From an uncultured Bacilli bacterium (GTDB lineage: Bacteria; Bacillota_I; Bacilli_A; RF39; UBA660): 64,000 bases of DNA. A program made the position numbers and the translations under genes. Below, in pieces: positions 30,049 through 40,581 of this stretch. Where the stretch lies: the NCBI GenBank assembly GCA_934086955.1, contig CAKOIN010000006.1:2159-66158 (forward strand), given 5' to 3'. The first letter of the stretch is position 1. The number at the start of each line of letters is the position of its first letter. The notes beneath the pieces were generated by a model. The model ran no database searches. It was not told the origin of the DNA and saw nothing but the letters and a program-made list of their open reading frames with translations.

Positions 30049-30570
30049 TCCTTAATAAACAAAAAGCAACCAGTCCTGATAAAACTTGATTGCTTCGAGT
30101 TTCGAAAAAACTAATTATGAATCATTTATTTTATAATAATAATTATAAAATAAATACTTCTAAATATTATCAGTATTTAGCATAATTACTTATCATTTTG
30201 AGTTTTTCTTTCTCAACGATATATCATTTGTCCTTAGTAGATAAGTATTCTATTTCTTAAATTAATAAGACTATTTATTATTTATATATAATAAGTAATA
30301 TTAATTTATAAATAAGATAGATACATAAATTTATAATAAATTAATATTATAAATAAACATATAATTGAAATATAAATTTTAATATACCAAATATAAATAA
30401 TGAAATAAATATAGAATTTTTTCACTAAAATAATTTAGATTATATTTTATTATATAATATATAAATAATTAAATTTAAATACCACTAATAATTTATATAA
30501 CCAATTATCTATTGGACAATATTATTATATGAATATTATTATCAAATGTCAATACTTTTTTAAAAAAAAT

Positions 30571-30598
30571 TAAAAAAATTGCAAAAATGCAATTTTTA
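30571..30598. terminator. Hairpin ATTGCA-AAAA-TGCAAT flanked by A/T runs (hydA terminator, bidirectional)
   Basis: Seen directly downstream of the hydA stop. Confidence 0.5.
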
Positions 30599-32104
30599 TT
30601 ATTTATCATGTAATAAATTACTTTTGTCACTATAAGATGTATGCAATAATTTAAAGCTCTTTTCACTTAAAGGTTTATTTAAAAATTCCTTATATAAAAT
30701 CTTTAATTCTTTATTATCATGAGCACATCTAATAGCTCTATTTGAATCTATTGACTCGATTCCTTTAGATCTTTCTTCTCTTATTTTATCAAGTTTAGGT
30801 ATTGCACAAAGTGGTTGACCACCTCCGCCAATACATCCGCCTTTACAATTCATTACTTCTATAAAATGAAATTTTTTATAATAATCATTTTCAAGTAGTT
30901 TTTCCAAATTTTCCATTTGTTGAACAACTGCAACTCTAAGTCTATACTTGCCTATCATAACAGTAGCTTCTTTTATTCCTTCAAATCCACGAAGTTCGTC
31001 AAAAACAAGTTCATCTTTTTTCATATTATGTTTTGTCATAATTCTATATAGTGTTCTTATGACTGATTCACAAACACCACCAGAATTTCCAAATAAAACT
31101 CCGCCTCCACTACTTTCACCCATCATTTTATCAAATGGAGTATCTGATAAATTAGCTAGATTTATATCATCTTCTTTTAACATTATTCCAAGTTCACTTG
31201 TTGTGATTACATAATCTATATTCGGAGTATATTCTCTTGCTTCCATCTTTTTAGATGTACAAGGTGTTATAGCCACCGTAACTATCTTAGATGGATCAAT
31301 GCCTCTTTTCTCACAAAAATATGATTTTATAATTGCACACTGCATTCCAATTGGACTTTTACAAGTTGATAAGTTAGATAATATTTCAGGATGATACACT
31401 TCAGCATATTTTACCCAAGCAGGACAACAACTAGTAAATTGTGGTATTGGACCTTTATTTGTTAATCTTGCAGCAAACTCAGCAACTTCCTCTAAAATAG
31501 TTAAATCAGCTCCAAATGCTGTATCAAAAACATAATCAAATCCAGATTTCTTTAAAGCTGTAACTATCTTACCTTCTGCATTTACACCAGCTTCCATATT
31601 AAAACATTCACCAATAGCAACTCTAACAGCTGGAGCTATAATTGCTATAACAATTTTATCATTAGAATTAATAATATCTTTTACATCTCTAAATGAATAT
31701 TTTGGTATCATCGCACCAGTTGGACAATTCAAGATACATTGACCGCAACCAATACAAATAGGTTCCCTACACTTATTTAAATCATATCTTAAATTAACAA
31801 TATTTTCACAAGTCTTCTTACATTGACCACAATTAATACATTTTTCAGGTATTCTACCAATTGCATGATTATTAGAACTAACCCTTACTTTTTTATCTTC
31901 TTCTTTATCATTGATTATTTTATCCACTTTAACTTCTAATGCTGCATCAACCACTGAATCAATAATTGCATCTAATGCACTAGAACTAGCAGTTTCATCT
32001 CTTTCTTCAAACTCCCTGGCACCACACATAGGGCAAACATAGTCATCAGATATTTTATCTACCGATACTAAATATCCACATAACTTACAAATATATTTTC
32101 CCAT
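30599..32104 (-). CDS. hydA: [FeFe]-hydrogenase catalytic subunit with N-terminal rubredoxin-like zinc ribbon and 2x[4Fe-4S] ferredoxin domain
   Basis: H-cluster motifs TSCCPAW, ITPCTSKK and MNCKGGCIGGGGQP. Two CxxCxxCxxxCP ferredoxin motifs. N-terminal CKLCGY...CPMCG. Confidence 0.85.
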   Translation of the reverse strand: MGKYICKLCGYLVSVDKISDDYVCPMCGAREFEERDETASSSALDAIIDSVVDAALEVKVDKIINDKEEDKKVRVSSNNHAIGRIPEKCINCGQCKKTCENIVNLRYDLNKCREPICIGCGQCILNCPTGAMIPKYSFRDVKDIINSNDKIVIAIIAPAVRVAIGECFNMEAGVNAEGKIVTALKKSGFDYVFDTAFGADLTILEEVAEFAARLTNKGPIPQFTSCCPAWVKYAEVYHPEILSNLSTCKSPIGMQCAIIKSYFCEKRGIDPSKIVTVAITPCTSKKMEAREYTPNIDYVITTSELGIMLKEDDINLANLSDTPFDKMMGESSGGGVLFGNSGGVCESVIRTLYRIMTKHNMKKDELVFDELRGFEGIKEATVMIGKYRLRVAVVQQMENLEKLLENDYYKKFHFIEVMNCKGGCIGGGGQPLCAIPKLDKIREERSKGIESIDSNRAIRCAHDNKELKILYKEFLNKPLSEKSFKLLHTSYSDKSNLLHDK

Positions 32105-32128
32105 ACTGCCTCCTTTTTAATAAAATAA

Positions 32129-33538
32129 TTATATCATACTTTTAGTATTTTTATTTGTTTTATTAATTTCAAAGTAAAAAGTGGTTCCTTTATTAACTTT
32201 ACTATCAACACCATATTTAAAATTATGACTATCAAGTATAGTTTTTACAATAGATAATCCAAGTCCAGTACCAACAGCATTTCTTTTATGTTTTTTCTCA
32301 TTATGATAGTACTTATTCCAAATATATTTAATATCTTCCTTTTTTATACCTTTTCCAGTATCTCTTATCTTAACAATAACTTTTTTCTTCTCATTAACAA
32401 TATCAATATAAACAGTTTTATCATCACCAGTATAATTAATCGCATTATTAATTAAATTATATATAACTTGTTCAATTCTCTTCTTATCCCCCATTACCAT
32501 AATAGATTCTTCATTTTCATAAACAAATTGATATCCTTCTGAATCTATAAGTATATAATATCTTTTAATAACATCTCTAATTAATTTGTCTAAATCAAAT
32601 TCCTCTATTTTAAGTTCATAAGTATTAGATTGTAGCTTAGATAAATCCAATATATCACTAACAAGTATATTTAATCTATCAGTTTCTTCAATTATTATAT
32701 TTAAATTTTCATTTCTTTTTTGAACTGACATATTTTCAAAATCTTTTATCATTTCAGCATAAGCTTTAATCATTGTAAGCGGTGTTTTTAAATCATGACC
32801 TACATTAGCAAGTAAATCTCTTCTTAATTCATCTGTTTTAGATAATTCATTTTTAGCAAGGTCGAATGTAGAAGCAAGTTCTCTTATCTCTTCTATTTTA
32901 CTATCAGTAGAAAATTTAACATTAAAGTTACCCTCAGCAAGTTTTCTTGCTTGTGAACTTAAATCTACAATTGGTTTTGAAATAAGTCTTGATATAAAAT
33001 AACCTATTATTAATGAAATAGAAAATATAATTATAGATATATATAAGAATTGACTTTTTAAAAGTCTAATTGAAGCATCAAGAGGTTGTATAGATGAATT
33101 TAAAAATATATAAATATCATCATTATATTTTAATGCTTTAACTAATGTTTTATTATTAAATCTTTTATTATTAAATATTGTAGTAGATTCAGTTTTACCA
33201 CTTTCAACAAAAGATTTAACATATTCTGTACCAGTTTTCGAATCTCCAATTAAACAACCTTGATTATACATATTAGAAATTATATTAATATTACCATTAT
33301 GATAAACAGAAATACATATTCCATATTCATAAGCAATATCTTCAAGTTTATAAATATCAAGATCATTAGTCGTTTTTAAATTACTAACCACATCATTTAA
33401 TTGATTAGTTTTATAAATTTCATAAAAATAATTTAAAAGAAGTATCTGCATAAAAAAAAGAAATAGTAAAATAAAGCATGAAAATCCCATAAGAAATGCC
33501 CATACTATATGTCTAATTTTACTATTCTTTAATTTCAA
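32129..33538 (-). CDS. Sensor histidine kinase (HAMP-less; HisKA + HATPase_c)
   Basis: Two TM segments, H-box ANVGHDLKTPLT, N/G boxes (NLINNAINYT, DTGKGI, GTGLGLSIV). Confidence 0.8.
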   Translation of the reverse strand: MKLKNSKIRHIVWAFLMGFSCFILLFLFFMQILLLNYFYEIYKTNQLNDVVSNLKTTNDLDIYKLEDIAYEYGICISVYHNGNINIISNMYNQGCLIGDSKTGTEYVKSFVESGKTESTTIFNNKRFNNKTLVKALKYNDDIYIFLNSSIQPLDASIRLLKSQFLYISIIIFSISLIIGYFISRLISKPIVDLSSQARKLAEGNFNVKFSTDSKIEEIRELASTFDLAKNELSKTDELRRDLLANVGHDLKTPLTMIKAYAEMIKDFENMSVQKRNENLNIIIEETDRLNILVSDILDLSKLQSNTYELKIEEFDLDKLIRDVIKRYYILIDSEGYQFVYENEESIMVMGDKKRIEQVIYNLINNAINYTGDDKTVYIDIVNEKKKVIVKIRDTGKGIKKEDIKYIWNKYYHNEKKHKRNAVGTGLGLSIVKTILDSHNFKYGVDSKVNKGTTFYFEINKTNKNTKSMI

Positions 33539-34187
33539 ATTTATACCCCATTCCTCTAACAGTAGTTATTAAATCTCTATACTCCTTTAAATTATTCCTA
33601 AGCATTTTTATATGTGTATCTATTGTTCTATCATTACCTAGATAATCATAATTCCATACATTATTTAAAAGTTGTTCTCTTGATAAAGCAATACCTTTAT
33701 TACTTATAAAATATACAAGTAAATCATATTCTTTTGGTGTTAACATAAGTTCTTTATCTTTAATATACACAGCATGTCCTAAATAATCTACCTTTAAATC
33801 TTTATAAACAAAAGTATTTTCTTCACCTTTATATCTTTTTAATATTGCATTTATTCTAGCCATTAATTCTTTTGGACTAAATGGTTTAGTCATATAATCA
33901 TCTATTCCTAAATCAAATCCAGCTAATACATCATATTCCTCACTTCTTGCTGATAACATTATAGTTGGAGTATTATATCTTTTCTTAATTTCTTTATAAG
34001 CTGTAAAACCATCCATTTTAGGCATCATTATATCCATTATTATAAAATCAGCATCTCCGGCTTTTTCAAGTGCTTCCACACCATTTTCAGCTTCTATAAC
34101 ATCATATTTATTTTCAAAACAATACTCTTTAATAACATCTCTAATTAATTTTTCATCATCAACTATTAATACTTTCACTACTACCAC
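33522..34187 (-). CDS. OmpR-family response regulator
   Basis: Receiver domain (LIVDDE, DIMMPKMDG) plus winged-helix (TIDTHIKMLR...GMGYKF). Confidence 0.8.
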   Translation of the reverse strand: MVVVKVLIVDDEKLIRDVIKEYCFENKYDVIEAENGVEALEKAGDADFIIMDIMMPKMDGFTAYKEIKKRYNTPTIMLSARSEEYDVLAGFDLGIDDYMTKPFSPKELMARINAILKRYKGEENTFVYKDLKVDYLGHAVYIKDKELMLTPKEYDLLVYFISNKGIALSREQLLNNVWNYDYLGNDRTIDTHIKMLRNNLKEYRDLITTVRGMGYKFEIKE

Positions 34188-34253
34188 CTCATATAAAAAT
34201 ATAATATCATATTGTGAAAAAATAGTGAAAAAAATATGTATTATATATAAAAA

Positions 34254-35018
34254 TTAATAATACATATTACAATTAAACCCATTACATTTAATTTTATACT
34301 TATCTACAATTTTCTTGTTTTTAACAACATATACTATTGGATAGACATCATTAAAATCATTACCAAGTTTACTTAGATTATTATAATCTTTACTATTTAA
34401 TGATGAAGAATCTATATAATAAACATTACTATCAAAATTAATCCATTTTTCAATTATATCTAAACTAAGAGCACATTCAACAGTACTACAAGAGTTCCCC
34501 ATAAATATAATCTTAGAATATTCATCACTATTATATATTTCATTTATTTTATTAGTATTTATCTTTATTAAATTTAATACTGTATTTTTAGACTTTTTAT
34601 ATTCACCAATACTCATATTAAAATACTTATTAAATTCATGATTTATACTATCAAGATTAGATAAATAAAAATAATTATCATTTTTATCAATATTAAGAAT
34701 TATATAATCATCATTAATTTCTTTAACATAAATACTTTTATTACAATTTAATTTAATTTCTTTTTTCTTAGAATTATAATTATATCTAGTACATTTGTCA
34801 AATGAATCACTTTCATTATTATTAGTAGGCATTATATAAGAAAAACTATCACCACTTATATTTATCACATCATAATAACCAGTTCTATAATCATATTTAT
34901 ACCAATTTTTATTAAATATTTTTTCATCTAAAGACCTATCATTAAATATATATAATAATGATATTGATATTAAAACAATAAATAAACCAACAATTACTAT
35001 TATCCTATTATTTTTCAT
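34254..35018 (-). CDS. Membrane-anchored hypothetical Asn-rich protein with multiple Cys
   Basis: N-terminal TM. No recognised domain. Confidence 0.3.
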   Translation of the reverse strand: MKNNRIIVIVGLFIVLISISLLYIFNDRSLDEKIFNKNWYKYDYRTGYYDVINISGDSFSYIMPTNNNESDSFDKCTRYNYNSKKKEIKLNCNKSIYVKEINDDYIILNIDKNDNYFYLSNLDSINHEFNKYFNMSIGEYKKSKNTVLNLIKINTNKINEIYNSDEYSKIIFMGNSCSTVECALSLDIIEKWINFDSNVYYIDSSSLNSKDYNNLSKLGNDFNDVYPIVYVVKNKKIVDKYKIKCNGFNCNMYY

Positions 35019-35053
35019 ACTATAATGATAACAAAAAACAAGTAACTTTTCAA

Positions 35054-35344
35054 TTACTTGTTAGTATTAGCATAATAATTAAACTCACTAATTTCCTTTG
35101 ATACTGCATCTAAATCATCAGCATCACTTTCGTCCTCTAATACTTCATCAATCATAAATACTAATTCATCTATTGATGAACATTTATTAGGATCAATTGA
35201 ATATTTTAATAAAACACTATATTGATAGTCAGAAAGAAATATTCCTTTTTTGATCTCTTTATGCATATATTTTTCATCAAATAAATCATCTATATTTACT
35301 TCATCACCATTTATTTTCATAGTTTCTCCTAAGAAAAAAATCAC
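35054..35344 (-). CDS. Small acidic hypothetical protein
   Basis: ORF directly downstream of rpmE. The likely start is the internal MKINGDE. No domain recognised. Confidence 0.25.
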   Translation of the reverse strand: MIFFLGETMKINGDEVNIDDLFDEKYMHKEIKKGIFLSDYQYSVLLKYSIDPNKCSSIDELVFMIDEVLEDESDADDLDAVSKEISEFNYYANTNK

Positions 35345-35346
35345 TA

Positions 35347-35547
35347 TTAATCAGTGATTCCATATTTGTCTTTGAATTTTTGTACATTTCCAGTCTTAAC
35401 AGTTTTGAATTTTCCTGTATAGAATGAATGGCATTTGTTGCATGATTCTAATTGAATTTCATCTTTTGTTGATTTAACTTCGAATTCATTACCACATGCA
35501 CATTTAACTTTACATACCTTTTGTACTGGATGTATTCCCTTTTTCAT
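35347..35547 (-). CDS. rpmE: 50S ribosomal protein L31 (zinc-ribbon type)
   Basis: MKKGIHP start. CxxC...CxxC zinc ribbon and an SFYTGK motif. Confidence 0.85.
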   Translation of the reverse strand: MKKGIHPVQKVCKVKCACGNEFEVKSTKDEIQLESCNKCHSFYTGKFKTVKTGNVQKFKDKYGITD

Positions 35548-35636
35548 ATCTATCCTCCTCGCCATAACTTATAAACAGTTATAGAAATAACTTCACGATG
35601 TATTATACATAAGTTTAATAAGAAAATCAAGTATAA

Positions 35637-36287
35637 TTAATCATTTTGAAGTAATTTTACAGATTTATATAGATTATAATTACCATCATTTGATAGTTTA
35701 AATGTTTTAAAACTAGAAATATTTTCATTATTTTTTATTAAATCAAACATATTTATATAATTATAATTTTTATATAATTGATTCAAATTATCATTTTCTT
35801 TATTAATACAATAATTACCTATAATAATAATTTTAGCTGTTGATATCTTGTTAATAACATTAATTAAATTATTCAAATCATCATATATTTTTCTATCATA
35901 TTCCTTTAAAATACTATCAGATTTATTACATTTATTAAAATATTCTTCGTTATTAGCATTTAAAATAATAATATTAGACTTTGATATCAATTGATTTAAA
36001 TACAATTTTTTATTTTTAGTAACTATATATTTATTATTTTTTATATCATTGAGAATATCTTTATAATTGTTTTTATCAAAAGTAAATAATTCATTAAAAA
36101 ACACAACATTATCTTTTAAATCATCATATAAATATTTATCATATGTTTTATATTCATTAGTAGTCAAATGATTATCTCCCAGTATTAAAACAGATTTTCT
36201 ATTTGTAAGTGTTACATCATAAATAATAAATGAGAAAATTAAAGCCAAGAAAAAAATAACGAGTATTTTTATTTTCATAAGATTCAC
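35637..36287 (-). CDS. Membrane-anchored hypothetical protein
   Basis: N-terminal TM. Weak GDS-like LILGDN near the N-terminus. Not assignable. Confidence 0.3.
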   Translation of the reverse strand: MNLMKIKILVIFFLALIFSFIIYDVTLTNRKSVLILGDNHLTTNEYKTYDKYLYDDLKDNVVFFNELFTFDKNNYKDILNDIKNNKYIVTKNKKLYLNQLISKSNIIILNANNEEYFNKCNKSDSILKEYDRKIYDDLNNLINVINKISTAKIIIIGNYCINKENDNLNQLYKNYNYINMFDLIKNNENISSFKTFKLSNDGNYNLYKSVKLLQND

Positions 36288-36297
36288 CTATTAAATA

Positions 36298-37560
36298 TTA
36301 CTCAGTTATTTCTATTTTAGCACCAACATTTTTTAATTTGTTAATTAAATCTCCATATCCTCTTAAAATATATTCTGAATTATCTATATTACTTATGCCA
36401 TCTGCAATTAAAGCAGCTATTAATAGTGATGCTCCACCTCTTAAATCTGTAGCTACCACATCAGTCCCTTTTAATTTAACTGGTCCATTTATTTCTAATT
36501 TATGATCAGATAATATTTTAGTATCAGCACCCATTTTATTTAATTCAATTGTATTTTTAAATCTATTTTCATATATTGTTTCTTCTATCATAGATTTACC
36601 ATTTGCTTGTGTTAATAAAGCAGTTATTGGTTGTTGCAAATCAGTTGGAAAACCAGGAAAAGCAAGAGTTTTTATTTTAGCTGGTTTTAACTTATTACAT
36701 TTAGATATTATAAGAGTATCACCTTCGATTTCATAATGAACTCCAATCTCTTTTAATTTTATTAATAAGGCTTCAATATGTTCTTTTATAATACCTTTTA
36801 TTTTAAGATTTTCACCCAAAGCAGCTCCTATTATTATATAAGTTCCACTTTCTATTCTATCTGGAAATACTTCAATTACACCTTCACCAAGAGGACATTT
36901 TCCTTCAATTTCTATTCGCTTAGTACCTGCTCCTCTTATTTTAGCTCCCATATTAATCAAAAATGAAGCTACATTAACTATTTCAGGTTCCATTGCTGCA
37001 TTTTCAATAACAGTTGTACCCTCAGCACCAATAGCAGCAAACATTATATTAATAGTTGCACCAACACTCGGAAAATCAAAATATATTTTTTTACCAACTA
37101 ATTTATCAGCAGTAATAATATATCTATTTTTTATTATTTCTACATTAGCACCTAACTCTTCAAATCCTTTTATATGAATATCAATAGGTCTAGCTCCAAT
37201 ATTACATCCACCAGGGAAAGATATCTCAACTCTACCAAATCTAGCAAGTAAAATACCCATAAAATAATATGAAGCTCTCATTTGTACACTCAAATCTTCT
37301 GGTATTGGTTTGTTCATAACATTAGTAGAATCTATATATAGTGCATCATTTTTATGTTCAACTTTACAGTTTAATAATTCCATTATTTTAATTAAATATT
37401 CTATATCACTAATCTCAGGAACATTATAGATAACAGTTTTACCCTTAGATAATATTGCCATTGGAACAAGTGCAACTGCACTGTTTTTAGCACCACTAAT
37501 TTTAACTTCTCCACTAAGAGGTTTATTACCACTTATAGTTATTCTTGTCATAAAAATCAA
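36298..37560 (-). CDS. murA: UDP-N-acetylglucosamine 1-carboxyvinyltransferase
   Basis: KISGAKNSAVALVPMAILSKG and full-length MurA colinearity. The start is probably the internal MTRITISG. Confidence 0.85.
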   Translation of the reverse strand: MIFMTRITISGNKPLSGEVKISGAKNSAVALVPMAILSKGKTVIYNVPEISDIEYLIKIMELLNCKVEHKNDALYIDSTNVMNKPIPEDLSVQMRASYYFMGILLARFGRVEISFPGGCNIGARPIDIHIKGFEELGANVEIIKNRYIITADKLVGKKIYFDFPSVGATINIMFAAIGAEGTTVIENAAMEPEIVNVASFLINMGAKIRGAGTKRIEIEGKCPLGEGVIEVFPDRIESGTYIIIGAALGENLKIKGIIKEHIEALLIKLKEIGVHYEIEGDTLIISKCNKLKPAKIKTLAFPGFPTDLQQPITALLTQANGKSMIEETIYENRFKNTIELNKMGADTKILSDHKLEINGPVKLKGTDVVATDLRGGASLLIAALIADGISNIDNSEYILRGYGDLINKLKNVGAKIEITE

Positions 37561-37638
37561 TAACCTTTCTAATTAATAATATACTATTAATCAAGGTTTT
37601 AATCAATGAATTGTACATTTTATAAAAAAATATTTACA

Positions 37639-38139
37639 TTAAAATATTTTTTTAAAGAATTCTAATATCTTAAAATCATATTTTATCTCTTCATCAAAAT
37701 TATCATCTATCATACACAAAGGAGGATATAAAATACACCAATAATTATTTCCTTTTGCCTCTCCAATAGTTACTACTAATGATTCATATTCACCATCTTT
37801 ATAAGTAATTCCATTGTATTTTTTAACTGGAAAATAATTCATTCCATAATTAACCTCAAAATTCATATTATAGTTATTATTATTAAAAAGTCTCTCTATT
37901 TCTTCTTCAATATTACTTATATTATTAATAATATTATTTCTAGTAATTTCCTTATCATTATAATCATTAAAAACATATTTAGATATTTTATTAACAACCA
38001 TTTCTTTCATAAGAATATCTTTACTAGAATTACTATTAGAAATAACTCTAAATCTAATCGCATCATCATTACTATAATTTTCAATATTAAAAAGTATTAC
38101 ACCTATAATAAACAATATTATAATTAACAATTTTTTCAT
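37639..38139 (-). CDS. spoIIR: Stage II sporulation protein R-like
   Basis: IRFRVISNSNSSKDILMKEMVVNKI matches the SpoIIR hallmark (RFHVIANSDS..D..LKL.VRD). Syntenic with prmC-prfA, as in Bacillus. Confidence 0.5.
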   Translation of the reverse strand: MKKLLIIILFIIGVILFNIENYSNDDAIRFRVISNSNSSKDILMKEMVVNKISKYVFNDYNDKEITRNNIINNISNIEEEIERLFNNNNYNMNFEVNYGMNYFPVKKYNGITYKDGEYESLVVTIGEAKGNNYWCILYPPLCMIDDNFDEEIKYDFKILEFFKKIF

Positions 38140-38185
38140 TTAAAAACCAACCTTTCAAATACATATTGGTTGGTTTTATTATTTT

Positions 38186-38926
38186 TTATTCATTAATTAT
38201 AAATAAATATCTATCTCTTCCTGTTAAATCTTTTTCAATTTTAATAACTGAATCATTAAAATAGCTCTTAGCTATATCATAAATAAGATTTCCTTGCCAC
38301 CACCCTATTTCAAATGCTATAAGAAATTTATCATTTAAAAACTTTTTAGCATTCTTTATTATTTCTTCATAAAAATATAAACCTTCGTTATCAGCATATA
38401 AAGCAATATTTGGTTCATATTTTTTAACAGAATCCATTATTACTTCATCTCTACTTATATATGGTGGATTACTTACAATAACATCAAATTTATCATTAAT
38501 ATTACTAAAAATATCACTTTTAACATAATTTATATCTAAATTATTCATTTTAGCATTATTTAAAGCCATTTTTAGAGCTTTATCAGATATATCACACCCA
38601 GTAACCATAGAATTAAGTTTATCCTTTAAAACAATTGAAATTGCTCCACTACCAGTACCTATATCTAATATATTAATTTTATTACTAAACATTATATTAC
38701 AAATATTAATTACCTTTTCAACTAAATACTCAGTTTCATATCTAGGAATTAAAGTATCTTTATTAACACTAATTCTATATCCATAAAAATCAACATATCC
38801 AATTAAATATTGTATAGGATAACCATTTTTTAGTAATTCATAATCATGTTCAATATCTTTACTAACAGCTACTAATTCCTCAGCTTCTCTTTTTGATATT
38901 CCAAGAGAAATAATCTTATTTATCAT
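38186..38926 (-). CDS. prmC: Release-factor glutamine N5-methyltransferase PrmC (HemK)
   Basis: SAM-binding DIGTGSG and catalytic NPPY. Confidence 0.85.
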   Translation of the reverse strand: MINKIISLGISKREAEELVAVSKDIEHDYELLKNGYPIQYLIGYVDFYGYRISVNKDTLIPRYETEYLVEKVINICNIMFSNKINILDIGTGSGAISIVLKDKLNSMVTGCDISDKALKMALNNAKMNNLDINYVKSDIFSNINDKFDVIVSNPPYISRDEVIMDSVKKYEPNIALYADNEGLYFYEEIIKNAKKFLNDKFLIAFEIGWWQGNLIYDIAKSYFNDSVIKIEKDLTGRDRYLFIINE

Positions 38927-39980
38927 TACTCTCTTCCATTCTCATTCTTTCATCTTCTGCAATTAAAGCTTCAATTAAATCTTCAAGATCACCTTCCATA
39001 ATCTTATCTAAATGCATAACTGTATAGTTGATTCTATGATCAGTAAGTCTATTTTGAGGATAATTATAAGTTCTTATTTTTTCAGCTCTATCCCCTGTTC
39101 CAATCTTACTTCTTCTTTCATTACCAAGTTTTTCATCTTGTTCTCTTTGTTTTAAATCATAAAGTCTTGTTTTAAGTATTTGTAATGCTTTCTCTTTATT
39201 TTTAATTTGACTTCTTTCAACTTGACAATAAACAACTATATTTGTTGGAATATGAGTAATTCTAACAGCAGAATCAGTTGTGTTAACACATTGTCCTCCT
39301 GCACCACTACTTCTTGTAATATCTACTCTAATATCACTATCTTTTATTTCAACATCAATTTCTTCTACTTCTGGCATAACAAGAACAGTAGCAGTTGATG
39401 TATGAACTCTACCAGCACTTTCAGTCTCAGGAACTCTTTGTACTCTATGAGCACCACTTTCATATTTTAGTTTAGAATAAACACTCTCTCCACTAAGCAT
39501 AAATTCTATTTGAGAGTATCCACCACTTTCACCAGGCACTTCATGAGTTACATCTAATTTCCATCCTTGCTTTTCAGCATATTTAGAATACATTCTAAAT
39601 AAATCACCAGCAAATATATTAGCTTCATCACCACCAGCAGCTCCTCTAATTTCCATAACAACATTCTTTTCATCATTAGGATCCTTTGGTAAAAGTAATA
39701 CTTTCAATTTCTTCTCATATTCTTCTTTTTCACTATGTAAATTTTCTAATTCTTCATTAGCAAAATCTTTCATATCTGGATCATGAGCCATTTCCTTAGC
39801 TGCTTCTATATCATCTAATATAGTATTATATTTTTTATATGCATTAACTATTGGTTCAATTGAATTCTTTTCTTTTGAAACAACTTGCATCTTTTTATAA
39901 TCTTCATATATTTCTGGTTTTAATAATTCATTACATAAATAATCATATCTTTCTTGTATAATTTCTAATCTTTCTCTCAT
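38916..39980 (-). CDS. prfA: Peptide chain release factor 1
   Basis: GGQ motif (SGAGGQCVNTTDSAVRITHIPT), RF-1 domain order. Confidence 0.9.
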   Translation of the reverse strand: MRERLEIIQERYDYLCNELLKPEIYEDYKKMQVVSKEKNSIEPIVNAYKKYNTILDDIEAAKEMAHDPDMKDFANEELENLHSEKEEYEKKLKVLLLPKDPNDEKNVVMEIRGAAGGDEANIFAGDLFRMYSKYAEKQGWKLDVTHEVPGESGGYSQIEFMLSGESVYSKLKYESGAHRVQRVPETESAGRVHTSTATVLVMPEVEEIDVEIKDSDIRVDITRSSGAGGQCVNTTDSAVRITHIPTNIVVYCQVERSQIKNKEKALQILKTRLYDLKQREQDEKLGNERRSKIGTGDRAEKIRTYNYPQNRLTDHRINYTVMHLDKIMEGDLEDLIEALIAEDERMRMEESNDK

Positions 39981-40019
39981 ATTTCCATCCTTTCAAATAT
40001 TAATATTTAAGAAAACCAG

Positions 40020-40463
40020 CTACAAGTCAGATTCGTCTTCATATCCTTCATCAACAATAACTAAATCTTTAAGATCATCATCACTATCATCATCTTCCAT
40101 ATCATCGATAGTATCATAATAATCTCCTTCTTCTGTATTATTATCTTCTTCTGGACTTTCTACTTCAATATCATCATCCATATCATCTTCTAAATCTTGA
40201 ATATTTATTTCAGATGTATGATTTTCTCTTAAATCCCAATATCCTTTTTCTAATTGTATAAATCTTTTTTCAGTAGCAAGTAAAGTAAAAAAGTCACCAA
40301 TTTGATTTTCATATTCTTTATCTGTCATACCTAATGCATCACATATAGTTCTGAAAATATCAGTGATTTTCATTTTCTTACCTTTCTCTTTTAATATTAT
40401 ATAAGCAATATCATCAAATTGCATTGTTTCTAATGTATCTTTATCTATTGATTTTAATTTCAT
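40020..40463 (-). CDS. rpoE: RNA polymerase delta subunit (HARE-HTH N-domain plus poly-acidic tail)
   Basis: The N-terminal 90 aa align to the Bacillus delta subunit (IA..IL.E..K.....I.....LG....E....IG.FFT.L....RF..L..G.WDLR), followed by a D/E-rich tail. Confidence 0.6.
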   Translation of the reverse strand: MKLKSIDKDTLETMQFDDIAYIILKEKGKKMKITDIFRTICDALGMTDKEYENQIGDFFTLLATEKRFIQLEKGYWDLRENHTSEINIQDLEDDMDDDIEVESPEEDNNTEEGDYYDTIDDMEDDDSDDDLKDLVIVDEGYEDESDL

Positions 40464-40581
40464 TATAATTAAGCCTCCTTTAAGCCTTTCTTTCTTTCCA
40501 TTAAAATTATACTTATTTTTTATAATAAATCAAGTATTTTTTTATTCATTTTATTACATAATAAATATTAAGGAAATATAT

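Noticed and set aside
30948-31214. 88-aa plus-strand ORF
   Set aside because: Antisense inside hydA.
36778-36966. 62-aa plus-strand ORF
   Set aside because: Antisense inside murA.
38143-38176. Hairpin AAACCAACC..GGTTGGTTT between spoIIR and prmC as a terminator
   Set aside because: The loop is 16 nt. The T-run is on the plus strand, where no gene ends. On the relevant minus strand only four T follow, so it is a weak terminator at best.
39207-39398. 63-aa plus-strand ORF
   Set aside because: Antisense inside prfA.
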